Shown here piece by piece: positions 37,646 through 46,616 of a stretch of 62,469 nt of DNA (positions are counted from its first letter, which is position 1; every line of letters begins with the position of its first letter). The stretch is from NCBI GenBank assembly GCA_023622465.1, contig JAMNZE010000093.1:1-62469 (forward strand). The letters run 5' to 3'. The stretch comes from Bacillota bacterium. GTDB taxonomy: Bacteria > Bacillota > UBA994 > UBA5500. The notes below the pieces were generated by a model. The model ran no database searches. It saw only the letters and a list, made by a program, of their open reading frames with translations, and was not told the DNA's origin. The position numbers and the translations under genes are program-made.

Positions 37646-38794
37646 CTAGGAGCGGCAGATTTGCCGAATTGCCTCACAAACCGTTTCTAAAGATTCCGGT
37701 GGGGTAAAATAGCCGGGACTTAAACGGTAACTGCCGCCGGGAAAGGTGCCGACGGCCCGGTGGGAAAGGGGAGAGCAGTGTAAACCCGGTCGCCCCGCAA
37801 TGCGCCACTTATCATTCATGATTTGGGCTAACTCATCGGCGCTGAGCCCTTCAATATTAAAAGACACCAGGCCGGCCCGTTGTTCCGCACTGGTCGGTCC
37901 ATAGAGGATGACCCGCTCCTCCGCCTGTAAGCAGGCTAGCAGCTGTTCCATATCGGTCTTCTCTTTAGCCATGACTTTATCAAGGCCCGTGTTGTTGATG
38001 AATTTGATGGCTGCGCCTAAGCCGGCAATACCGGCGGCGTTGAGGGTGCCACCTTCCAAGCGATAGGGGAGTTCATCGGGATGCATACGCGCATCCGACT
38101 TGGTGCCCGTACCCCCATCCCGCCAGGGCAGGATACCCACATCCCGCAGAGTAATAACGGCACCGGTGCCGTAGGGCCCTAAGAGCCCTTTGTGCCCGGG
38201 GACCACAAGAATATCAATACCTAATGCCTGCATGTCAATAGGATAATGACCGGCTGTTTGGGCCGCGTCTAAGGCAAAAAGGGCACCATGTTCATGGGCC
38301 ACCTTGGCCAACGCCGCCGCATCTTGCCTATACCCCAAGACGTTGGAGGCGTGGTTGATAATCACCAATTTAGTTTCAGGGCGCATAACGGCGGCCAGCT
38401 CTTCTGCCGATAGGCGCCCCTCCTTATCGGCTTGTAGATAGGTTACATCGACTCCCTGACGCTCTAAGCGGCGTAATGGGCGACTGACCGAGTTGTGTTC
38501 CGTGTTACTGGTGACGGCATGGTCTCCAGGGGCTAATAGCCCCTTGATTACTAGATTTAGTCCATCGGTGCCGTTAAAGGTAAAAGCCACCAACCGAGGG
38601 TCGGGAGCACCGAAAAAGTCGGCTAGAAGCTGGCGGGTTTCTTCTACAATTGTATCAGCCTGCTTAGATAAACAATGGCCGGAGCGGCCCGGATTAGCTC
38701 CTACTTCTCGCATGAATTTATCGGTAGCCCGGTAAACTTCCTCCGGCTTGGGCCAGGAGGTGGCTGCGTTATCAAAATAATGCATGTCCAGCAC
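37646..38794 (-). CDS. Cysteine desulfurase-family aminotransferase class V protein
   Basis: It has the N-terminal YFDNAATSWPKP and a PLP lysine in VPGHKGLLGPYGTG. Length is 382 aa. Confidence 0.8.
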   Translation of the reverse strand: MLDMHYFDNAATSWPKPEEVYRATDKFMREVGANPGRSGHCLSKQADTIVEETRQLLADFFGAPDPRLVAFTFNGTDGLNLVIKGLLAPGDHAVTSNTEHNSVSRPLRRLERQGVDVTYLQADKEGRLSAEELAAVMRPETKLVIINHASNVLGYRQDAAALAKVAHEHGALFALDAAQTAGHYPIDMQALGIDILVVPGHKGLLGPYGTGAVITLRDVGILPWRDGGTGTKSDARMHPDELPYRLEGGTLNAAGIAGLGAAIKFINNTGLDKVMAKEKTDMEQLLACLQAEERVILYGPTSAEQRAGLVSFNIEGLSADELAQIMNDKWRIAGRPGLHCSPLSHRAVGTFPGGSYRLSPGYFTPPESLETVCEAIRQICRS

Positions 38795-38869
38795 TATAAG
38801 TCCCCCTCAAGTTTGTCTCACAGTTTAACTTTCCCTGTGATCATTACGGACATGCAAAGGACTGACCTT

Positions 38870-39616
38870 CTAGTTGAGAAGCATGGCAGCCCCCACCGTG
38901 CCCGGCCCCGTATGTACTCCAATCACAGGGCCTACCGCCATCAACATTTCCGGCTCTTGGTTCAAGACTTGGTACAATTTGTTGGCAAGACGGGCCGCCG
39001 CCGGCTCCGCTGCCCCATGGGCGACTACCAGCCGTTTTATCTTTCTACCCCTAGCTAGGTTTTCGAATTGGTTTACTATCTCTTGTAAAGCTTGTTCCTG
39101 ACGACGAGCTTTACCGGCTGGGATATAGATGCCATCAACTACCCGCACGATGGGTTTTATGTTTAATAACGAACCCATTACGGCCGCCACTTTGCCTATC
39201 CGCCCACCCTTGTGTAAGTATTCTAGAGTATCGAGAGTGAACAAGACCTCCGTATTTTGGCAAACCCGATCTAGCTGAGCCACTATTTCATTAGCCGCAA
39301 GGCCCTGCTCCACCATTTCCCTGGCTTCCAGCACGATCAGCCCTATGCCTAAGCTTACAGATTTGGAGTCCACCACGTGAATTTCACCGGCTACCATTTC
39401 TTTTGCCGTCAAGGCCGCATTTATGGTGCCGGATAAGCCGGAGGAAATATGAATGCTGATAATACTATCATATTCTGCCAGCAACTTCTCATAGACAGCC
39501 TTAAAGGCCAGGCCGAAATTAATGGTCAGAGGAATGATGGTAATGCCCAATTCTTGTGCTCTTTGGGGCGGCAGGTCGGCCGTGCTATCGGTGACAATGG
39601 CTATGCGTTTCGTCAT
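38870..39616 (-). CDS. DegV-family fatty-acid-binding protein (short variant)
   Basis: It has IAIVTDSTADLP, ISIHISSGLSGT, TLEYLHKGGRIG and IGVHTGPG motifs. At 248 aa it is about 30 aa shorter than typical DegV proteins. Confidence 0.8.
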   Translation of the reverse strand: MTKRIAIVTDSTADLPPQRAQELGITIIPLTINFGLAFKAVYEKLLAEYDSIISIHISSGLSGTINAALTAKEMVAGEIHVVDSKSVSLGIGLIVLEAREMVEQGLAANEIVAQLDRVCQNTEVLFTLDTLEYLHKGGRIGKVAAVMGSLLNIKPIVRVVDGIYIPAGKARRQEQALQEIVNQFENLARGRKIKRLVVAHGAAEPAAARLANKLYQVLNQEPEMLMAVGPVIGVHTGPGTVGAAMLLN

Positions 39617-39721
39617 GATTAAAAAACCTCCCTCATAGTCGGATGGGCCAGCGATTGCTGGCCCTTTACTAATTAGACTGAGGTCGGTTTAGAAAGTGTT
39701 GCCCTAAGACATTATTTTAAT

Positions 39722-39755
39722 AAAAAAGAAGGGGCTGCTTTACTACAGCCCTTTC
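39722..39755 (-). terminator. Intrinsic terminator
   Basis: On the minus strand: GAAAGGGCTG, loop, CAGCCCCTTC, followed by TTTTTTA. Confidence 0.65.
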
Positions 39756-39763
39756 TAGCTAGC

Positions 39764-40978
39764 TTATATCACATCGAATTCGCGTCCCACGTGCTCTAGT
39801 ATTTCTAAGGCCTTATCTAGATGTTCACGGGTATGGGCCGACATCAGGCTTACACGTAGCCTCGATAACCGTTTAGGAACAGCCGGATATTGGACCGGAT
39901 TGATATAGAGACCTAGCTCATGGCAGCGTCGGCACATATCACGCACCGCTGTTTCTGCGTTACCGATGTTGTAACCGAGACTAAGTATGTTTTTACGGAA
40001 ATAATTAATGTTATCCCAAAGTTGGGCCCTCAGCTCCGGTTCGGTCTCGATCACATCTAGGGCGGCAATCAGCGAACCGGTGGCTTGCGGAGTAGGGGCC
40101 GTTGAGAACATATAAGATCGAGAATAAAAATGCAGCAGTTGGATTAACTCTTTGTTGGCTGCAATGAAACCTCCTACTACCCCTAACCCTTTACTAAAGG
40201 TACCGGCCACAATATCAACCTTGCCTTCCAGCCCGAAATGCTCGGGAGTTCCACGGCCATTGGCGCCAATTACACCGGTAGCGTGAGCCTCGTCTACCAT
40301 CACATAGGCACCGTAAGCATGGGCCAATTCGACGATCTCATCCAGTTTGGCGATATCGCCATCCATAGAATAGACGCCATCTACCACTACCAACTTGGTG
40401 CGATATTTGTCTTTAGCTTTTTGTAAGGCTCGCTCCAGAGACTGCATGTCATTGTGGCGGAAATAGCGAACGTTGGTGTTTTTGCAGCCATCGATGATGC
40501 TGGCATGTACTAGCAGATCGAGAATAGCAATGTCCTTATCGGTAAGCATGGCTAACAAGGTGCCGCAGTTAGAACCAAAGCCGCTAGTGTAGAGGATCGC
40601 ATCTTCGCAACCCTTAAACTTGGCCACCTTTTGCTCCAGTTCTACGTGAATGTCTAGAGTGCCGCCCAGTAGGGGTACGCTCCCGGCCCCCGAGCCGTAC
40701 TTTTCCAAAGCGGCCCGGCCGGCGGCTATAGTGCGTGGGTGCTTAGTCAGGTTTAGGTAATCATTTGATGCCATATAGATCATTTCATTGACTTTACCGG
40801 TTAAAGGGTCCACGACCTGCATGGTGGGTCCTGAACCATCAAGTGATATCCTTCTGTAGTGGGCATGGCCCCGCCGCCGGCTATCCTCCGCATATTGGGA
40901 GAATAGGCGGGCCCTGCCCATAATATCCTCATCCGGTATATCAACGAAATCAGCCAAGGTGTACTTCGTAGAATCCAT
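39764..40978 (-). CDS. Alpha-oxoamine synthase family PLP enzyme (glycine C-acetyltransferase / 8-amino-7-oxononanoate synthase / SPT-like)
   Basis: It has NDYLNL, DEAHATG, SMDGD and GTFSKGLG (PLP Lys). ATG 40978 lies 7 nt after AGGGGGA. A promoter TTGCAC-17-TACAAT lies at 41029..41057 on the minus strand. Confidence 0.8.
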   Translation of the reverse strand: MDSTKYTLADFVDIPDEDIMGRARLFSQYAEDSRRRGHAHYRRISLDGSGPTMQVVDPLTGKVNEMIYMASNDYLNLTKHPRTIAAGRAALEKYGSGAGSVPLLGGTLDIHVELEQKVAKFKGCEDAILYTSGFGSNCGTLLAMLTDKDIAILDLLVHASIIDGCKNTNVRYFRHNDMQSLERALQKAKDKYRTKLVVVDGVYSMDGDIAKLDEIVELAHAYGAYVMVDEAHATGVIGANGRGTPEHFGLEGKVDIVAGTFSKGLGVVGGFIAANKELIQLLHFYSRSYMFSTAPTPQATGSLIAALDVIETEPELRAQLWDNINYFRKNILSLGYNIGNAETAVRDMCRRCHELGLYINPVQYPAVPKRLSRLRVSLMSAHTREHLDKALEILEHVGREFDVI

Positions 40979-41151
40979 TAACTCATCCCCCTGCGAAAGG
41001 TTTGTTTGCAAGTTAACTTTATACCAACATTGTAAGGCTTAGAACTATCTTGTGCAAGCAAATGTGCAACATCTTCGTAGATATTCGCCGGTGGGAGCAT
41101 CAATGGGGATGGTCCCGCTCATACTAAAGATGGAAAACTACTAGGATCGGA

Positions 41152-41658
41152 GTGAGGCCCTTGTCAGCCACCATGAGCCTGTTCTGGATAATCTATTTTC
41201 TCCTAGCAGCAATCGTCATGCTCAGTCTGGTACCCCAGCGGAACATAGTCCGCCTTCTCCCGTTCGGAATAGTGGGAGGGGCTGCGGTAGCAGCCATAAT
41301 CCAAATCATTGCCGTTTGGTATTTGCGCCTTTGGCGCTTTAATTTCACCGACTTGGCAGCTTACCGCGGCATACCAATCTTTTTAGTCCTCTCCTGGTTA
41401 CCATTAATGATTATTTTTGCCAATTGGCTCCTTACTTTACCCGCGGGCACAGGCCGATTTTTTTACATCACCGGCTTTGCCTTGGCCTCCGTTGGTATCG
41501 AATATATTTTGCTCCGCACTCGCTTCATGGTGCATATGAATTGGAGTATAGTGCGTACCTCTTTGCTGGCCTTGGCACTACACTTTTTGCTGGCTTGGTA
41601 CTTGTTGGCCGTACGACCAGGGGTAGAAGAAACAAAAATACACCTATTAAAAAGGTAG
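41152..41658 (+). CDS. Hypothetical membrane protein
   Basis: 168-aa ORF with about five hydrophobic helices. No family recognised. Confidence 0.4.
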   Translation: MRPLSATMSLFWIIYFLLAAIVMLSLVPQRNIVRLLPFGIVGGAAVAAIIQIIAVWYLRLWRFNFTDLAAYRGIPIFLVLSWLPLMIIFANWLLTLPAGTGRFFYITGFALASVGIEYILLRTRFMVHMNWSIVRTSLLALALHFLLAWYLLAVRPGVEETKIHLLKR

Positions 41659-41697
41659 GAGCTCTATCGGATTCTCAGATACTCCTTAAAATACCAC

Positions 41698-41728
41698 GGG
41701 GCTGCCGCAAAATAATTGCGACAGCCCC
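41698..41728. terminator. Convergent terminator hairpin (GC-rich palindrome family)
   Basis: GGGGCTGCCGCAAAATAATTGCGACAGCCCC followed by TTTG. Confidence 0.6.
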
Positions 41729-41743
41729 TTTGCAGTGGGAAAA

Positions 41744-42937
41744 CTAGTGGCTAACTACAATTTCCCCGTCCTTAATTACATAGCTGATGTTGGCTTTGTT
41801 CTGGAGCAAAGTAACGTCGGCAAAGACGTCACCCCGCACCACGACCACATCGGCCAGCTGGCCACTGGCTAGGGTACCCACATTTGGTCGGTCGCAGACC
41901 TGGGCCGCCGTACTGGTGGCAGCAGTAAGGGCCTGTAGTGGCGTCATACCGGCTTCCACCATCAACTGCAACTCGAGGGCGTTCCGTCCTGGCCGGTTAA
42001 GGGGTGTGCCGCAGTCGGTACCAAAGGCGATGGTTACCCCAGCTTTGAGGGCCTTTTTGAAGCTTTCTGAATGGGATGCGTAGACATACTCGGCTTTAGC
42101 CACCGCGTAAGCCGGAATACCGGCCTCAACGCCACCTTTAACGATATGGTGGGGGGCAACCAGGGTGGGCACCAGGGCCACATTGCGATCCAGCATCATT
42201 TGTATAGCTTCATCGTCTAGGAAAATACCGTGCTCGATAGAGTCCAACCCGGCCAGGATAGCGTTCTTAATACCGGTGGTACCTTGGGCGTGGGTGGCCG
42301 TCTTGCGTCCGGCTTTATGGGCTTCTTCCACGGCTGCCCGCATCTCTTCCACCGTGAGCTGGGCGGAGCCCGGTTCTACGCCAGGGGTCATTACGCCGCC
42401 GGTAGCCATAATTTTAATTACCTCGGCGCCAGCACGCAGTTGCTCGCGGGCACCCTTGCGCGCCTCATCCACGCCGTCTACTTCACGTCCACCCATCCAG
42501 CCGTGCCCCCCGGTCATGCAGATGCACATACCGGAGGTGATAAGGCGGGGCCCCACGATATAGCCATTTTCTATTGCCTGTTTTACTTGAATATCTATTT
42601 GGTTACGGCTTCCCATGTTACGCACAGTGGTAATACCGTGTTCCAGCAGAATGCGGGCATTCTTGGCGGCGCGTAACGCAAGGGACGTATCGGGCAATAG
42701 GCGATCTCCCGAGCTATCGGCGTCGCCGCTGCTAGTAATATGCACATGGCAGTCGATGAGACCCGGTAGCACGGTGCAACCGGAAGCATTAATCACCTGG
42801 GCATCAGTTTCGTCCGGTAGTTCCGTCACAGGAATTACAGCTTCCACCTTGTTGCCATCAATAATTAGAGCTTGGTCTTCTTGTGGCGGGTTCTTGCCGT
42901 CAAAAAACAGGCCACCTTTAATGATCAATTTGGACAT
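41744..42937 (-). CDS. Amidohydrolase-family metal-dependent hydrolase
   Basis: It has the PGLIDCHVHI metal motif and a later TATHAQG / IEHG pattern. Length is 397 aa. The RBS is GAGGAGGAA. Confidence 0.8.
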   Translation of the reverse strand: MSKLIIKGGLFFDGKNPPQEDQALIIDGNKVEAVIPVTELPDETDAQVINASGCTVLPGLIDCHVHITSSGDADSSGDRLLPDTSLALRAAKNARILLEHGITTVRNMGSRNQIDIQVKQAIENGYIVGPRLITSGMCICMTGGHGWMGGREVDGVDEARKGAREQLRAGAEVIKIMATGGVMTPGVEPGSAQLTVEEMRAAVEEAHKAGRKTATHAQGTTGIKNAILAGLDSIEHGIFLDDEAIQMMLDRNVALVPTLVAPHHIVKGGVEAGIPAYAVAKAEYVYASHSESFKKALKAGVTIAFGTDCGTPLNRPGRNALELQLMVEAGMTPLQALTAATSTAAQVCDRPNVGTLASGQLADVVVVRGDVFADVTLLQNKANISYVIKDGEIVVSH

Positions 42938-43006
42938 GCTTACTTCCTCCTCTAGGTGAATTTTAGGGCGGCGGGCTACCCATTTCAGAGCCGGCGGCTC
43001 GTTACT

Positions 43007-43021
43007 TTAGCTACTAGCTAA
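43007..43021. promoter_or_regulatory. Palindrome TTAGCTA-C-TAGCTAA in the amidohydrolase leader
   Basis: Perfect 7+1+7 inverted repeat closely resembling the feoA-mntR palindrome at 6304..6317. It could be a DNA operator or an RNA hairpin. Confidence 0.3.
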
Positions 43022-43077
43022 CCGCCTTGTAGTAGGATTCCCTGCGTAGGCCCAAATTCCTTTAGGCTAAAAAAGAT

Positions 43078-43103
43078 GCTGCGCAAAACATCGTTCGCGC
43101 AGC
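43078..43103 (-). terminator. Intrinsic terminator after the CNNM pair
   Basis: On the minus strand: GCTGCGCGAA, loop, TTTGCGCAGC, followed by ATCTTTTTT. Confidence 0.6.
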
Positions 43104-43115
43104 CTATGTTAAGCC

Positions 43116-44381
43116 TTATGCAACTATAGCTAGTCGCTCGACTTTGAGCTTTACAATGCGTCTGCCGCTAATGGCGACTACTGTTATTCTAATGCCATAG
43201 TCGGGCAGGTTGAGGGTTTCGCCGGTAATAGGTATGTGATCTAACAGCCAATAAACAAAACCGCCGATAGTATCCACCTCTTGATCGGGCAATTCCACGC
43301 CCACCAATTCACTAACCTCGTCAATGGGTACGGCTCCATCCACCAGCCAGGCGTGGTCATTCAGCTGTTCTATCTCCGGCTCCTCATTTATGTCGAATTC
43401 ATCGTGGATTTCGCCCACGATTTCTTCCAAAATGTCCTCAATAGTTACCAGGCCGGCCGTACCACCATACTCGTCTATAACAATGGCCATATGAATGCGC
43501 AACGCTTTCAGTTCACGCAATAGGTCATTTACGCGCTTCGTTTCCGGCACGAAGTAGGCTTCCCGCATGAGGGATGTTAGGTCAAACCCGCCCCCATTAT
43601 CACCATAGGCCAATAGGTCCTTGGCATATAGCACGCCTACAATGTTATCCACCGTTTCTTCGTAAACCGGTATGCGGGAAAATCCAGAGGAGATAATCTC
43701 TGCCCAAATACTGTCTAGGGGATCATCGATGGCAACGGTGACCATATCTACCCGCGGAGTCATAATCTCCCGTACTAGAGTGTGATTGGCCTCAAGGACG
43801 GCCACAATCATATCCCGCTCCGCTTCTTCTACAGAACCGGCTTCTTCTCCCATATCCACAAGGGTGAGGAGCGATTCCTCATCGATGGCCCCATCATCAG
43901 GTTCAATGGGCAAGTGCTTGCTGAGCCGGCGAGGAATTTGCAACAGAGGTGCTGCCAGCGGCCTTAGGACCTGAAAAAACCAATTGATTGGACGAGCAGC
44001 CCAGAGGGCAAACCGGGCCGCATGTATAGTGGCCAGCCGTTTGGGTATGATCTCGCCGAAAATTAAAATCAAGACGATCATACCCCAACTGGCAAGGGCA
44101 GTGCCGCTTAAACCGAGTATCGCCACATCTTGCATCAGTACCGTTGCTAATACGGTAGCCAGTACAACTGCCAAGTTGGTGCCCACTAGCAAACTAGATA
44201 GCAGGGGCTGACGTTGTTCCAATAGCCGGTCGACCAGCTCAGCCCCCTTCGTTCCCTGCGCAACTAGCTGTTTAACCGTTAAATTGTCTAGTCTAATGAA
44301 AGCCGTTTCCGAGGCGGCAAAGAAGGCCACCAGGAGAAAACTCAAGAGCCAAAGAGCTAAAGTTACTAGTAAACCTAACAC
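43116..44381 (-). CDS. CNNM/hemolysin-family transporter (DUF21 - CBS pair - CorC_HlyC)
   Basis: 421 aa. It has a 4-TM DUF21 region, tandem CBS domains and a C-terminal CorC/HlyC-type domain. The GTG start lies 5 nt after AGGAGGTG. Confidence 0.85.
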   Translation of the reverse strand: MLGLLVTLALWLLSFLLVAFFAASETAFIRLDNLTVKQLVAQGTKGAELVDRLLEQRQPLLSSLLVGTNLAVVLATVLATVLMQDVAILGLSGTALASWGMIVLILIFGEIIPKRLATIHAARFALWAARPINWFFQVLRPLAAPLLQIPRRLSKHLPIEPDDGAIDEESLLTLVDMGEEAGSVEEAERDMIVAVLEANHTLVREIMTPRVDMVTVAIDDPLDSIWAEIISSGFSRIPVYEETVDNIVGVLYAKDLLAYGDNGGGFDLTSLMREAYFVPETKRVNDLLRELKALRIHMAIVIDEYGGTAGLVTIEDILEEIVGEIHDEFDINEEPEIEQLNDHAWLVDGAVPIDEVSELVGVELPDQEVDTIGGFVYWLLDHIPITGETLNLPDYGIRITVVAISGRRIVKLKVERLAIVA

Positions 44382-45424
44382 GAGACCACCTCCTGCGAGA
44401 GGATCGAGGTGGGTTCGTGGTCATATTCATCAGCTATATCGCCTACTATTTCTTCTAAAAGGTCTTCCATAGTGATTAAACCGATAGTTCTACCTATCTC
44501 GTTCTTTACGATACACATGTGCATACGGCGAGCCTGCATTTCCTGCAGCAGATAATTTATTTTATGAGAAGGTCGACAACGCATAATCGGCCGTATCACA
44601 TCGGTTAGCTGCCGGTTCTTCTGGTCCCTGAGCAATGGTAGTAGGTCTTTAACATAAATTAGACCCACCACATTGTCTATGGTGTCCCGATAGACCGGGA
44701 GGCGAGAAAACCCTTTTTCATTGACAATCTGGATAGCTTCTGTCATCGGCAAATCGATAGGAATAGCCACAATCTGTTCCCGCGGCACCATTATACGTCC
44801 AATGGGTGTATCGTCACTGGCGAAAATGCCGTAAATCATCTCCCGATCCTCTTGTTGGAGTGTACCAGCTTCTTCACTGATATTGACCGCCGTTTTGATG
44901 GTTTCTTCGGTTACGTCGGGGGCATCATCTGCCCGGTCGCTCTTACCGAGCCAATCAGTAAAGAAGTGCAGGATGCCAACCAAGGGACGCAGTAACCAAT
45001 GCACAAAGGATATGGGGCTACTGGCAAAGAGAGCCAACGATTCCGGTGCAGAAGCGGCAATGGCTTTCGGTGTAACTTCACCGAACACAAGTAACAAAAT
45101 TGTCGTCACAACGGTAGCAAGTGCACTAGCAATTCGAGTCCCATAGCCTCTAAGCAATTCCAGAAAGGTGATAGTAACCAAACTGGTAAGCCAGATGTTG
45201 ACCACCGTGTTGCCTACTAATAGGGTGGATAGGACTCGTTGACCGTCATTGACTAATCGCTGCACTAGATCGGCCTTCTTAGCTCCTTTATCTTGCAACT
45301 GGCGCAAACGCACCGGACTTAAAGAAAAAAGAGCGGTCTCTGAGCCGGAAAAAAGGGCCGACAAGCTAAGCAACAACATGATCAACAACAATCGATAGGT
45401 ACTACTACCTCCAGGGTCGTCCAA
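44375..45424 (-). CDS. CNNM-family DUF21-CBS protein lacking the CorC_HlyC domain
   Basis: 349 aa with the same DUF21 plus CBS architecture as its neighbour, but it ends right after the CBS pair. The TTG start lies 7 nt after GGAGGGAG. It overlaps the next gene by 7 nt. Confidence 0.8.
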   Translation of the reverse strand: MDDPGGSSTYRLLLIMLLLSLSALFSGSETALFSLSPVRLRQLQDKGAKKADLVQRLVNDGQRVLSTLLVGNTVVNIWLTSLVTITFLELLRGYGTRIASALATVVTTILLLVFGEVTPKAIAASAPESLALFASSPISFVHWLLRPLVGILHFFTDWLGKSDRADDAPDVTEETIKTAVNISEEAGTLQQEDREMIYGIFASDDTPIGRIMVPREQIVAIPIDLPMTEAIQIVNEKGFSRLPVYRDTIDNVVGLIYVKDLLPLLRDQKNRQLTDVIRPIMRCRPSHKINYLLQEMQARRMHMCIVKNEIGRTIGLITMEDLLEEIVGDIADEYDHEPTSILSQEVVSC

Positions 45425-45709
45425 GATTAATCTCCCTCCTATTTTGTTGTGGCAAATGTTTTGCCATTATATCTATATTTCGATGCCACTGGTGAAAATT
45501 CCTGCCCTGCCACAGAGCCGCCTAGTGTGGCCCTGCCAGCCAAGAAATTGTCTGCTCGGGCCCGGCAGGGAAAGTTTGGCCTACAAACATTATCTCACCC
45601 GATTGTGGGGGGCGACAAGTGGAGGGTGAACCTTTGTGGGGGCGTAAGCGGGGGCTAAGAGGAGAGCAACCGAGCTACTTGCAGCAAATCTCCCTTGAAA
45701 GGTGGTTTC

Positions 45710-45738
45710 TTGACCTATTAGGCGTTTTCTTAGATAAT
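45710..45738 (+). promoter_or_regulatory. Sigma-A-type promoter
   Basis: TTGACC (45710..45715), a 17-nt spacer, then GATAAT (45733..45738). Confidence 0.5.
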
Positions 45739-45790
45739 AACACCAAATAGCACCAATTTTAGAGAAGGTAGAGAAGGGGGATGTGGTGGC

Positions 45791-46480
45791 TTGTCAGGAA
45801 GAGCTGTCTACTACTTAAGCGTGTATTCCTTGTTATTTTTAGCCTTCGGAATCCTGTGGTTATTTATCTTTTTCCGGGGAGCTTTTCAGGGGGGCAAAGC
45901 CCTATATTTAACACCTATCGGCACTGGTGCTATAGCCTTCATGATTGCTTTACCCTTACAAACTCTGCTGCAGACTTATGCCAATAGTTTATTGGCCAGC
46001 ATGGGAGCTTCAATGCTGGTTACCGGTGCAGTTGTAGTGCTGATCAGCGGTTTTGTACAGGAAGCCTTTAAGTTGCTAGCCATTCGCATAAATCGTTTTG
46101 CTACTTGGGGGAAGTTGAGCTGGTTACCCTTGGGGTTAGCCGTCGGCTTAGGTTTCGGCCTTTGGGAAGCATGGCGTTTAGTAGCCTGGCCTTTTGGCAA
46201 AAGCGGTATTTGGATGCCACTGGCAGTAATAGAACGCTTCTCAGCCATCGGCCTGCATATAGCTCTAGCTTTCATTATTGCCTATGGTTCGCATAGATCC
46301 CAGCCCTGGCCCTATTTTCTGCTGGCGGGCTTTTGGCACGGAGCAGTCAATTTTCTAGCCATCCTTTATCAAGGCCGCTTCATCGGCATCTGGCTGACCG
46401 AGGCTGGCATCTTTTTTATGGCTATCGCGGCTCTGGCAGTGGCCGGTTGGCTTTATCGCCGGGCACTAGTCACTGAATGA
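45791..46480 (+). CDS. Polytopic membrane protein (possibly YhfC/CPBP-like intramembrane protease)
   Basis: 229 aa with about seven helices. Weak protease-like motifs are present (FVQEAFK, ERFSAIGLHIA, WHGAVNF). The assignment is tentative. Confidence 0.45.
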   Translation: MSGRAVYYLSVYSLLFLAFGILWLFIFFRGAFQGGKALYLTPIGTGAIAFMIALPLQTLLQTYANSLLASMGASMLVTGAVVVLISGFVQEAFKLLAIRINRFATWGKLSWLPLGLAVGLGFGLWEAWRLVAWPFGKSGIWMPLAVIERFSAIGLHIALAFIIAYGSHRSQPWPYFLLAGFWHGAVNFLAILYQGRFIGIWLTEAGIFFMAIAALAVAGWLYRRALVTE

Positions 46481-46616
46481 GATAAGCTTAGCACGGCTTT
46501 CCCCCGGTGGGGGAGGGCCTTTGTTTTGCTGTCTAATAGACCGCAGGATTTTACATCGGCTAGCGCGAATTGTTATGATAAAATGATCTCAGTTTGATGC
46601 AGGGGAGGAGTTGACT

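Noticed and set aside
45607-45654. Four G-tracts on the plus strand (G6, GGG, G5, G5) that could form a G-quadruplex.
   Set aside because: The loops are long (11, 11 and 7 nt). The tracts are simply the complement of C-rich stems in the minus-strand leader, and nothing indicates function.
45425-45709. An M-box (Mg2+) riboswitch upstream of the CNNM genes.
   Set aside because: I could not find the conserved M-box segments as I recall them (GTTAGGTGAGGCTCC-type 5' strand and the other core elements). The region is kept only as an unclassified structured leader.
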